From: Cystobasidiomycetes sp. EMM_F5
Lineage: Eukaryota
NCBI GenBank assembly: GCA_051047955.1
Contig: JBPGPT010000044.1
Span: 62,001-105,111, forward strand
Length of the DNA: 43,111 bases
Direction of reading: 5' to 3'
Shown here: positions 32,223 to 43,111 of the stretch, piece after piece
How the letters are laid out: each line of letters begins with the position of its first letter
Position numbering within the stretch: the stretch's first letter is position 1
Program-made: the position numbers and the translations under genes
Notes under the pieces: generated by a model
What the model saw: only the letters and a program-made list of their open reading frames with translations
Databases searched by the model: none
What the model was told of the DNA's origin: nothing

Positions 32223-35200
32223 CTACAAAGTATCGTCCGTCGATGCCTCTGTTGGCGGATGATTACTACTCGCATCACTCTCGCTCTCTTCGTCATCTTG
32301 GAGGGCCTCCTCGTCACTCTCCTCGAAAATTGGTTGGGCAGGTTGAACGACTGCCTTCGACTTCCTGCCAGATCTCCGAGCAGTGGCAGTGGAGAGTATA
32401 GATTCATCCGGATCAACGCTTGTCGACTTGCTTGCCCGTACGGACGCCCCTCGTTTTCGAGAAGCTGGAATTTTCTTGCCGGTAGACTTCTTCAGTGGCA
32501 CTGCGCTAGACCCGTCCTCGTCTTCCCTTTCATGATTCTCTTCGATGATCTTGTCGATGAATTGTGTTGTGGCTTGGGCTTGATCAAGTGCCCGGAAATC
32601 TGCTTCGTCCATCGGTTGCATCTGCTCGCCGAAGCGTTTCTGCAGGCTGGTCTCGAACCGTTTGAGCGCGTTACGAGATACGGTATCATGTAGAGGTCGA
32701 TGCTGTACTGCCAGCATTAGCAACGACGTCATACAGCGAGGATTCGCTGGGATGCTTAGTACTGACCATATCGAGCTGAATAATGAGGAAATGCATATTT
32801 TTGAGTTTCCACTCGTCTGCATTGTCTGGCAAGTACAGCTTGCTTAGAGTTTGACAAAACATTTTCCGAGTCTCCCCTGTACATTGATGTCAGTGGTCGT
32901 CCCAGACATGTCATGGAAAATGACGCACTGGACCCATCTTCGTAGATGGCTTGTAAGAGCTGGATGCCTAGATCCACATGTACCTGCTCGTCTACTGGCA
33001 GCCCTTCAATAGTTCTGCTCAATGGCATATCAGCAATGCGATCGATGCCCCGCACAGTGAGGCGTACACGACTTTGTTGGGGTCTGTCCAGTCAAGAAGC
33101 TGATTAAAGAGCTGAGGGGGCGAAATTAAGACGGTCTTGTCCTGAGATTCGCTATTGTATACATCGGCGAGAATGCCGAAGATAGAGAGGACACGCTGTC
33201 AAGCAGAGAGAATTAGCTTGCTAGAAGACATCCAATGTGGTGGCTTGTCATACCTTCTGCATCCTTCTTTGATTAGTCGAGGTTGAGTAACAGTATACCG
33301 GCAAGAAATAGCTTAAGCATTGCCGCAACTCGAGGTTGTCAATCGTTTCGGGCGCGAAATAGACCAGGGTGAGCTGTTCGAGAACAGCTTCTGCTATGTC
33401 TTCGTCGACGACCATGCCGGACAGCATGAGCTTGCATATACAGACGGTAGTCACTGCCTGAATCTCCGGAGTCTGGTGGTTCAGGGCGTGCATGAGGAAG
33501 TCTACGACTTCTCGTAACTGCCACAAATAGCATCAGCGTCTGTCCGGTGACAGACAGAATGCAGGTTCCAAGCTCACGCCGTAGCCTTTGACTTCAAGGA
33601 GAGCTGGACCGTGCAGCATGATGATGTCGAATATGATCTTGAACGTGTTCATCTGCAGATCGCCTGTCGCAGACTGAGCTTGATGGACGAACAAGCCAAA
33701 CGAGTCAAGCGCCATGTCCTGCTCCCTCGTCACGTCAGAAGCCTTCACGTCAGTCTCCCGGAGCATGAATTTACCTTGTCCAACAAGCAGCACAAGCCCA
33801 AACACATCAGGCCTTGGCTTCTCAACTCCAAGTCTTTCGTGTTGACTGCTGGGACTATTAGCTCGTTGACGACGCCCCGCAGGGTTGGATTGTCTTGTAG
33901 TGCCTGCCTCTACCCGTTAGCCACCATGTTTGGCACAGCGTACACTTGCTCACCCCTGTCACTCTAGCGAGAAGTGCGTGGACAATAGCCAGACAGCGAA
34001 GGTACGTCTCGACCTTGGTCATATCCAAACCGCGATTACGGATCTTCTTGGCAGCCTTCTCGAGTCGCTTGCGTTGATCCGCCTGAATCTGCTCCACGGT
34101 CGCGGTGTTTAGATCTAGCTCATCCTCTTCATCCTCTTGCTCCTCCTCCTCTTCCGCGTCATCATTTTCTGGCTCTTGAGAGGACCTGACTGCATTGGCA
34201 TCTTCTCGGACATTCTGCACTATCTCCACTACGACCCGCATAAAGTCCCGCTCGCCAGTGCTCAATTTGGACAATACATCCATACAGCCGCCGATAAGTA
34301 TCGAAGGTAGCATAGGATCGCTTAGCATGTCACCTGGAAGGAACTAAGGTCAAACGCGCTCAACTTTTAATGAGCTACACTCACGTATCAAGGTAAACAT
34401 CTTTCGTCTTCCTATCTCGTCGCCGTAGTCTGCCATCATTGCAATCGCAAGAAGCTGATTCGTAATAAAAGCCGTCTTCTGGAATTCTTCGTTGAGCTGA
34501 TCTGCCAAATCCTTGTCTGCTTCGTTGCCGGTAACAGTAGCTAGATCGTCGCCTAACGCCGTGAGTCTCGAATGCTGATCTTGAATGCGGAATGCTAGGG
34601 CAGTGACGACTGGCAGACATGCTTCCAGACGCATTTCATCCTGCAGTTTAAACGCGTTTCGTTAGTATCATCGCCAGCTTTGTTCGGTCGTGACTTCTCA
34701 CATTCGCGCTCTTACAGTATGCAATATACAGGTTGGCAATCAGTGCTGAGACTGGTGTCAGCTCTGTCCAGTACACCTCTATGATACGAGTGTCAAAGCA
34801 ACTTCACATCCTCCGTCATCATGATAACTCGTACCATCAAATTGGAATGCGCCAGCTAGATCTGACCGGGTTGCAATGACCGATGTCAAAGCTGCTTCGG
34901 CAACTTCCGTATCGTTCAACACGTCAAACGCCAAAGCGAACTGGTTGTAGCATCAAAGTATTGTTTCAGGCTTCTACCCTTTCTGCTGGAAAGGCTTGCA
35001 CGCACCTCTTCAATGCCGCCTTGTACTTCTGCCCATTTGCCTAACAACTTGGCTGCTGCACCAGCTACTGCCTCTTCCCGGTCACGCAAGCCCGTCTTGA
35101 CGACGGTACCTCGTTGATGTGGCGTCAGGGCGAGGATACTAGGGAGCTCAGCCAGAGCCGACGTGTATAGACTGCGACGGGTCAGCGGATCTACATCTCG

Positions 35201-36330
35201 GACTCGCTCCAGAATGTACGGCAGGGTGAGCGGATGGAGTTCTATCTGAAAGAGGGCAGCGCGGCGAACTTCGCTATATTATTTGAACGATTGTCAGCCA
35301 AGGCTCCTGCAAATGAACGGCAGAAGCATGACTCACGCAGAAGGATCGGTAGACATTAATTCTATCAATTTCTCCGTCGGGGTCTGCTCATCCTCATCTC
35401 CGTCGTCCTGCTCGCCAGACAGAATGGCTTCGACACGTTCACGAAAGTGTTCTTCATTCTCTGGGGATAGTTGGTCTGGATTTGCCAGCTTGCCCAGACC
35501 GAGTGCAGCTTGAACGCGTATAGAAGCCTCCTTGTCGGAGGCTCTGGCCAGCAGGGCGCTGTACATGAGTTCATAGTCGCCGGAGCTGGATAAGCCGTGA
35601 AACTAGTCAGTGGTAAAGACGCTGTGGGACGTAGCCCATTCCACTCACTCCAGCTCGCCGAGACCAGATAATAAAGTGGCAATGAATTGGGTCGACCTGA
35701 AGCGTACATTCTTGTCCTTTGCGTTGAAGCCTTTGAGTAGGTGTTTGATGAGATGGGAAGTGAGCCTCGAAGCGGGGCCAGGGTCTTGTTCGACGTCTAT
35801 TCGACATCCCACGCGTCAGTAAACAGTCAGTAAACACGGTCATTCAAACACGTTTCCATCACATGTACACACCGCTGTGGGTACTCGCGTGCACCACAAA
35901 AGTACACACAAACTTGATGCATCGGTCTGCATTCAGCACCCCCCGCTTGACTGGGAGTATCCTGTTTACCCCCTCGAGCAGGACGACATCGAGAAACTGC
36001 TTCTCCCCGACAAGGCGCGTGCTCGTCTTTCCTCTGCCGTCTGCCAACTGCTCAGTGACCGCCAAGCACCGCCGGAAGAGCTTGTACAGGACTGCGACAT
36101 TCTTGCGATGCGTGTTTGCAGACCGCTGGGCTTGGTCGAGGATTCCGAGTATCGCTGGGCGGACTGCGTCGAGCGACGTGCTGGGCGGCTGCATTGGAAC
36201 GGCGTTGAAGCTTGGTGGACTGTCGATAGTCGCAGCGACAGCCGCAGCTTGACAGATCAACAGGTTGGCGCGTTGCAGAGTAACAAACACCACATACCAC
36301 GACAAGCAAGTAATGATATGGCTTACACAT
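32223..36330 (-). CDS. YCG1: Condensin non-SMC subunit CAP-G (Ycg1/Cnd3); multi-intron
   Basis: ILDQAQRSANTHRKN, RASDKEASIRVQA, DYGDEIGRRKMF, CKLMLSG and YFAPETIDNLELRQCLSYFLPVYCY. Start is either 36330 (ATG T|gtaagc micro-exon) or 36194. Confidence 0.9.
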
Positions 36331-36413
36331 TCTACACGTGTGGATCTAGGTGACAACGCTGCGCTCTTCAAGTAGGCCGCTATCCCTTATGCTGCGGTTT
36401 CGAGACGGTACAC

Positions 36414-38173
36414 CTACCATCTCAGACTGGCCATGTCGTTGCGAATACGAGCATAGTCGAGCAGGCCTTCAGTCTGCCCCACAGCAGCAATGGCAATGTC
36501 TCTGTCCCACAGGTACGTCTGCGCTACCCTCTGAATATCGCCCACGGTGACGCCGTCAACGGCCGCTTCGATTTCCTGAGGAGACAGGCGTCTGCCAGTC
36601 GTGACGAGCTGTCGGCCAATGTCCTCTGCAATGGCAGTAGTGCCGTCGAGTCCAAGCAGGAGGGAAGCCTTGAGCTGCGCTTTGGCTCGTTCCGTCTCGG
36701 CTTCAGTCGGGTTGATGCTCATTCGCTGCCATTCCTTGAGGGTAAAGTGGGCGAGGTCGTCCAGAGACGTGAAATTCTCCGAGACCATGTAGATGCCCCA
36801 CAGACCGGTATCAGAGTACGAAGTGCTGAACGACATGAATGAGTTTGCCAGGTTGTTGGTCTGAATATGGTGTGACAGGCGAGACGAAAGCAGTGCAGAA
36901 GAGCCAAGCGAGCGATCCCAGTTGCCAAAGATGGACTGCATGACGAGCATTGGGTAAAAGTCTGGCGAGTTCCAGCCTACACCCTCCACGGCAATTGCAA
37001 AGTTGCAGGTCGGCGAAGTATCATTACGAACGCGAACATCACTTCCGACAAAGTCGGTTCGGGTGTTGGAAGCGAGTTTTAAAGGCTCGGAGGAGCCAGG
37101 CAGCTTGCCAAAGTGCTTTTCGGCCTGCTTGACCAATTCTTCGTGCTCGACACCGCCGGCGCCGACGAGAACCATGCGATCGGCAGTGTAGTTGGTCTTG
37201 ATGTAGTTTTGCAGATCGTCGCGACGGATTGACAGAATGTTTTTACGTGGTCCGAGAATCGTTCGTCCTAAGGGTTGAGCTGTGCAAGATCCAAGCAATC
37301 CGTTCAGTCCGATTGGTTGGTGAGGGAGTGAATCTACAAAACACTCACATTGGAAAGCAACAGCGTGCAAGTGATCAAAGACGACCTCCTCCGTCATCTT
37401 TTCGACCTCGTCTGATTCACGGAGAATGACATCTCGTTCCCTCTCGATCGCTGCCTCTTCGAGCTTGCTGTTCTGGAGAATATCGGAAATGATGTCGACG
37501 GCTTGCGGGACATCCTTTTTGAATGATTTGGCATAGTATACCGTCTGCTCGCGTGATGTGTAGGCGTTCAAGTGCGCTCCGAGCGTTTCCACCTCGAGTT
37601 CAAGCTGGTATTGAGATCGCTTTCCGGTACCCTGCGGCATGGAAGGACAGAGGCTTAGAGGCAGGTTTCTCTGCGGCAGCGTAATTGCCTACACACCTTG
37701 AATGCCATATGCTCTAGGAAGTGCGCCGTTCCCTCCGTTGCATCAGTTTCCGCCCGACTTCCTGCCTGAATATGAACGCCGACTGTCGCCGTCTGGGCGT
37801 ACGGATTCGACTCGGTTGCGACTGGGAAGGAGCGAGCAGCGGCATATGTCAGTCTGAAGTCATCACCGCGCTAACGTACAGACGGCAGACTCACTGGTAA
37901 AGCCATTGGGCAGAGTGGAGATTTGGGTGCGAACTCCTCCGACCGTCGTTGCGTACGGCCTCAGCACGCTGGTAGACTGCGGATGGGCGACATTGACGGG
38001 AGCATACAGGCATATTCGACAAACAAGTCAGCCCAGATATCCTGTTTGAGCTGTGTGCTGTCCAATTGCCCGACTTTACTTACGGGTTTGATTATCCTGC
38101 TCGCAGCAGCCGACCCAGCACGGGACAGCTGCTTGCTCGCACTCGCACCGTTCACCAGCAACCGCGATGCCAT
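36414..38173 (-). CDS. MAS1: Mitochondrial processing peptidase beta / complex III core 1; 4 introns
   Basis: Presequence MASRLLVNG.., TLPNGFT, inverzincin motif [23 protein letters not shown] and [14 protein letters not shown]. Confidence 0.95.
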
Positions 38174-38619
38174 ACTTCAGAGCTGTATATGGCAGAGCTG
38201 TCCGACTGTAACGTTGGAGCGACAAAGACAAAAAGGCTGCCTCTGCCAAAGGCCAATCGGTCGTTTCGGATTGCATGTCGCTGTATGTCAGGCTGACTCT
38301 AAACAACGGCTGACTGCTTTGAGTACTAACCTTTACCGCTGCTGATACACACACGGTTGTGAGGGTTATACCTCGTGAATCTCGCGGGATCATTGGATGG
38401 CATGCGTGTCACTGTCCTCGCCAAAGCACGTAGGGCAAGTGCTCACTGCAGAATATACCGCCGCCCAATGTTATACGTAAGAGTCTGCTGACGTAGCTGA
38501 TGTGACTGCTTTGGGTTGCATTCGCACTGCGTTTACTAAATTGCATGGATGCGGGGACCATACCCCTGTGATTCACATGTAGGACAGAAGACAAACTTCA
38601 ACAACAGGCAGCGGCGGTA

Positions 38620-39033
38620 TTGCGTAGAATAAACTCTCTTCTCCGCCAGACATCTCCCGGCCGCGACAGCAGCAGTCTGAACACCCCGATGTTGGTTCCC
38701 CGGCGCAATTCGTCTCCTTCGCATCACCGTGTCGAGGGGCATTCATCTATTGCCGGCAGAGTATCGCGCGGTCGGACAAGATCAGCGTCTCTACCAGCGG
38801 GACCTACGCCTCTACAGCGGATGCGGTCGCCTATACCACAATTCGAACCTACGGGACACCCGAGATGGACGGCCGAAATGCACTCTCAACGCACACCGCC
38901 ATCGCATCAGGCGCAGCAGAAACGTGGTCCACCCTCAAGCAGCTCTGGATCATCGGTTCCGTCGCCAGGTCCGTCGGCGAGACCGCGGGGTAAGCGACAT
39001 GAGAAACGTAGGGCAGAGTATCAGTCAGACTAG
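38620..39033 (+). CDS. Possible low-complexity S/R/P-rich hypothetical protein
   Basis: 137-codon open frame in an otherwise unassigned gap; no domain recognised. Confidence 0.3.
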   Translation: MRRINSLLRQTSPGRDSSSLNTPMLVPRRNSSPSHHRVEGHSSIAGRVSRGRTRSASLPAGPTPLQRMRSPIPQFEPTGHPRWTAEMHSQRTPPSHQAQQKRGPPSSSSGSSVPSPGPSARPRGKRHEKRRAEYQSD

Positions 39034-39158
39034 AATCGAGTCTTGCTCCATTCGACTGTGATACGCCACCATTCATCGCACGTCGTTACATGTCAGTACT
39101 GCAATATTGGAAAAACCTTGTATGTCATTCAACCACCCTTTCTGCTTCATAGTGCTGA

Positions 39159-40701
39159 CTACTTGTGATCCAATCTAACAAGCTCGCCGAAGCCAATAAC
39201 AATCACACCAATACCCTGAGTAGCAGTGACCGCAATCTTATTGTCCTTCCAGTACTGTTTTGCGTCCCCACTATTCTTGCAGTCATTGGCGTGCACGCTG
39301 ATAGCCCCTAGATCGGCGCCTGGCATGCGGTATCCCGATTGCTGTCGATACTGTTGGGAGCTCATATCTCCAACTAAACTGTCGCGTGGATGTTTGCTTG
39401 GCGCGAAAAATTGCTGGAGCACGGTAATGGAGTTTTCGACAAAGATAATCTGTAACAACATGTTCAGCTACCTGGCACTCCCGCGTATTGTCAAAGGAAC
39501 TCACTCCGGGTCCAGCCTTGATGCTTGACGGATCTTGGACATTGATGTCTCCTGCCAGCGGAGTCTTACTATCCGTAATGTAGACGTAGACTGGTCCCTC
39601 AATTCCAGCAGGAATTGTGCAAGAGTCCAGGGGAAAGACCACGGCGGATGGAGCACCACCCGTGAGCATCTGACAGAAGAGGCTGGAAGCGCTAGCCATC
39701 ACTTCCGAGGTAAAGAATAATTGATCGCCGGCGCTGAACGTAGTATCTCCTCTGCGCTTATTGCGGATAGAGACTGGGAGATTGGCTGGGAGACATGAAT
39801 TTCAGCCCACTGCCCATTTTCGGGAAGCGCAAACAGTCAGAACTTGCCGGTCAGTCCAAGATCAGTGGCTTTGCAAACAGTAAGAAACCCGCCGGCTAGT
39901 GCCAGAACTTGAGGCGGCGTAAGCGGCATATCGAAGGCCTGAGGTACAAACTTGGCAGCATTGAAGATGTTGAGTGCGGTTTGATGACGAGCTTCGATGC
40001 TGTCAATGTGATTGTCTTAGCATACACACAGTCACCATACAAGTTTGGAGTGACTCACGCATGAATGCTCAGTGCTGCCGAAAGTATGGACTTGTCGGTG
40101 ATCAGGGTAGCTCCGCCTTGATAAGCGCTGACGCCAACGTTCTCAACCGCCTGTGCAGCAGCCAAGAAGACTGCGACGATACGGAGAAGCACTAAATTAG
40201 TGACGGCCTCGTCAGAATGGCCACACGAGCATACCCATGGGATCCCCGAGAACCGGATTGAAGTTAAACTGGCAAGGCTGGTTGACTGTTCCGCCTAGTG
40301 CCTTGATAGCTCCTTCCAGAGCAACAGAATGCGAATTCTCATCGTTGGCAATGACCGCGATAGATTCCATGATGACGGTGGCCTGAGTACTACTCAGTCC
40401 TGCCTTGATGAAGTCATTGATGGAAAAGGTCGCCAAGGCTTGTAAGTAGAGGGTAGTCTCAAGCTTCCTGTATGAGCGTACAGATTCAGAAAAGTCACGG
40501 TGGCCCTTGACAACCGCGCAGCAAGACCTACTCGAGCGTGTTTGCAAAGTTCAGCACCAAGATATCCGTGTCGGAGGAAGAGGCTTTTGCAGCAGGGGAT
40601 GGCATTGTACGCCTATGCAACCGAGGGACGAATGCTGCGCTCGTTGCACAGGCTAGCAGTGGCAGGGAAAGTACGATTTGGGCGGGCGAAAGGTACTTCA
40701 T
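39159..40701 (-). CDS. Secreted Rds1-like ferritin-like-domain protein; about 5 introns, one GC-AG
   Basis: Signal MKYLSPAQIVLSLPLLACATSA. Motifs TDILVLNFANTLE|KLETTLYLQALATFS..DF, IANDENSHSVALEGAIKALGG, EARHQ-type segment and PQAFDMPLTP. Confidence 0.8.
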
Positions 40702-40805
40702 AGTGACAGAGACAGTATGCGGCGGAGAAATGGGCCAGACGACGCGTATATAATTTCAGAAAGGGTTTGCAACGACCGGCGTTGAATAAGGGAACCTGAG
40801 AGACT

Positions 40806-41850
40806 GTGGGGCCGGCCCAAGCGAATGTGAAAGCCGAAAGACAGCGAGGGTGTGGTATAGGATGTAGACAGACGAGAAGAAAGAAGAGACACATCAGCTG
40901 CACGAATCGCTGTATTTCCAGATTGTGCTTCAGTCGGGTCAGGCGGTCGCGAAGGGACCGATGGGTTAGCAACGATGGGTCAGTCTTGGCTCGCAACGGA
41001 GTCACTATGGGATTAGACAACACTGAGTATGGCATGCGATATTTGCAAGATCTCCGCAGCTTTGTGCTAGCTTCACAGTCTAGATCTGAGAATGATGGAC
41101 AACTCTTTGAAGTATGCAGAACCACTCGTTTGGAGAGGCGGAGCATGTGACGATGCAGGATGTGTATCAGACTGCTGTCTTGGAGTTATGAACAACTATA
41201 CCTCAGTCGTGCATGTCGTCGACATCTCAAGAAACTGTCAGTCTGTCTCGCATCCAGCACCGCTTCTGCCAACGCCGAACCATGATCTTTCGAAACCATG
41301 CCTGCTGAGACTGGGACATAGTCGTCCGGTCAAGTCTGCACTGACGCTGAGCCTCTTCACCAGGTCCAAGCTGAAGAGAGTCCTGACGAGCTGGTACGAA
41401 AGGCCTGGCAGCGTCAACAGCCAAAACATCAATGGAGCCAGACCAGTAGAAGTGAGCAGCACGAGCAGCGAAGACAGTGAAGACAGTATAGCATTGCAGC
41501 GGCAGCGCGTGAACCACGCAGCTGTTGACGGATTGGTCGACGACGAAGAAGCACAAAACAAGGACGCTGCCAGTGCGGTGCAGGACGATACTGATATCGG
41601 ACATGACGGGCAGCTTCAAAGTGGAAGCGCAGCTGCAGACTCGACGACAACAACGACGGCAATGAGGTCGCGCAGAGTAGCTGCGGCAACGAATAGATGG
41701 CACCCGCCACGCGAGAAGCCCGTAACATCGCTCGAAGACCATACAAACCATCAGCATCTTCCCATATTCCTGTCTCGCATCCTTCGATGGCTTATATATC
41801 TACCCGTCATCACGGTATTATGCAGCTTCATCGCCGGTTCCCCACATTAA
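40806..41850 (+). CDS. Hypothetical Cys-containing protein with C-terminal hydrophobic segment; ends uncertain
   Basis: An intron at ~41027-41078 joins RNGVTMGLDNTD|LDLRMMDNSLKYAEPLVWRGGAC..CCLGVMNNYTSVVH. TM-like ILRWLIYLPVIT near the end. Confidence 0.5.
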
Positions 41851-42197
41851 CAATGCATCCGCCATAGATCTACAAGTGTCATACCCGCTAGAACCGATAG
41901 CGACGCTGACGGTGCGCGGCACGCGTTGCTGACGCTATCCTTGAGTCTAGATATTCTTCTTCTGACAGAGAAGGTGTCTCTTTATATAAACGAACATTAC
42001 TGCCCAGTGGCTTCGGACTCCATCATGCTGTCTGGCCGCTGTGTAAGCCATGTCGTACAAAGATTCTCCATATAGCAAGTCCGACATGTATGCCTTTGTG
42101 AGAAAATGTGTTGCATAATACGGAGCTACAACGCACACCGAAAGCTTGCAACAACGAACGTGATCTTCGCCAACCGGAGAAGATGGAGATAGTACAT

Positions 42198-43111
42198 TCA
42201 GTCTGCAAGACGCATCGGCATTTGACGTTTGGCTTGACGGATCACTTGACGTTTCCTGCCCGGTAAAACGTCTTCAGTGGGAGTCTCCGTGGAATCGGTA
42301 TTGCCATTGTTGGTGGTGGGGTCGGTGCCAGAATCGGTACCACCATTGGGATTGGGTTTGGTCGTATCGACGTTGGTTGCCGCACTTTGATCCAAACCGG
42401 TGCGACCTGTCGTTTGCTGCTGCTGACTAGGGCCAGTTTGATCCCAAACTTCGCCGCTGGACTGACCATCTTGCCCTTGATCACCGCCCGATCCCGAAAC
42501 TTGGGCGCCCTGCATAATTATCACCTGGTTAATATGATGTTTGCACGACAAATCTGGGCACTGACCGGCAAACTATCATAAAGTGTCTCGACTGCCGCTT
42601 TCAGCTCGCTCCCGACCTCCATCTGCATATCTTGCGGCCATGCTTTGCCGGTTGCCTTTTGGCTCGCTTGTTGTAGGTCGGTGAGCAGAACTCCCATCTG
42701 AGTCAGACGATTGAAAACGTCAGCCCAACCTCCTGTCAACGCTAAAAGAACGTGGAATGTGTCTATCACCTGCGTAGTGGCAGAACTGAAACTTTCGGGT
42801 GTATATTGCGCCCACCTAGTCTTCAGCTGGGCAACAAGAGAGTTGACGATATTACCAGGCGCTGCCGTACACAAAATTAGCGATACGCTTCTTTACAGGC
42901 GATGGAGACTGACTGCTGGGATCGCTCCAGTCTGGATTGATGCCAGGGGCAGCATTTGCGTTACTGTTACTTTGCCCCGACTGCTGGCCAGAGCTACCGC
43001 TACCGCTACCGCTTTGCCCGCTGCCAGATCCGCCAGTGTTGCCGCTGTTGCTTTGACCGGATTGCTGGCCAGAGCTGCCGCTACCGCTTTGACCGCTGCC
43101 AGATCCGCCAG
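42198..43111 (-). CDS. G/S/Q-rich repeat-containing protein, 3' part; starts beyond the window end
   Basis: ORFs 42521-42874 and 42198-42551 are linked by splice signals. The upstream exon encodes GGSGSGQSGSGSSGQQSGQSNS repeats. Confidence 0.6.
42960..43111. repeat. Coding tandem repeat, ~75-nt unit x2, containing a (GCTACC)n microsatellite
   Basis: Two near-identical copies of ctggcggatctggcagcgg.caaagcggtagcgg.agctctggccagca.tc.gg.caaag.aacag on the minus strand. Confidence 0.85.

Noticed and set aside
1..43111. CRISPR arrays, tRNA/rRNA genes, transposons or a secondary-metabolite cluster
   Set aside because: No repeat-spacer structure, cloverleaf, transposase/RT motif or PKS/NRPS backbone seen. 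Neighbouring genes are mostly functionally unrelated.

Overview
Eukaryotic, intron-rich and very gene-dense fungal DNA. Short introns with CTRAY branch points and the protein families present point to a compact-genome basidiomycete; Pucciniomycotina/Mixia-like is an inference. I assembled about 23 protein-coding genes by hand from the ORF track and splice signals. They are: a head-to-head pair of xylose-isomerase-like TIM-barrel enzymes, PhoD alkaline phosphatase, a type-B carboxylesterase, a double-PHD MYST acetyltransferase, HEM13, TFIP11/Spp382, a PAGL-repeat secreted protein, a bacterial-type DUF421/YetF membrane protein, two small spliced proteins largely missed by the ORF track, RPL25, a split-BTB protein, the DUR3 urea transporter, an F-box-like orphan, condensin YCG1, MPP-beta, an Rds1/ferritin-like protein and several orphans. 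I found no rRNA, tRNA, CRISPR array or transposon. The best novelty candidates concern RNA processing: an RPL25 intron with a distal branch point, a ~229-nt AG-free zone and a triple NAG acceptor; four GC-AG introns; and two splice/frame anomalies in DUR3. Others are the intron-bearing DUF421 gene and the hidden small genes. Family assignments rest on motif recognition, not database searches.
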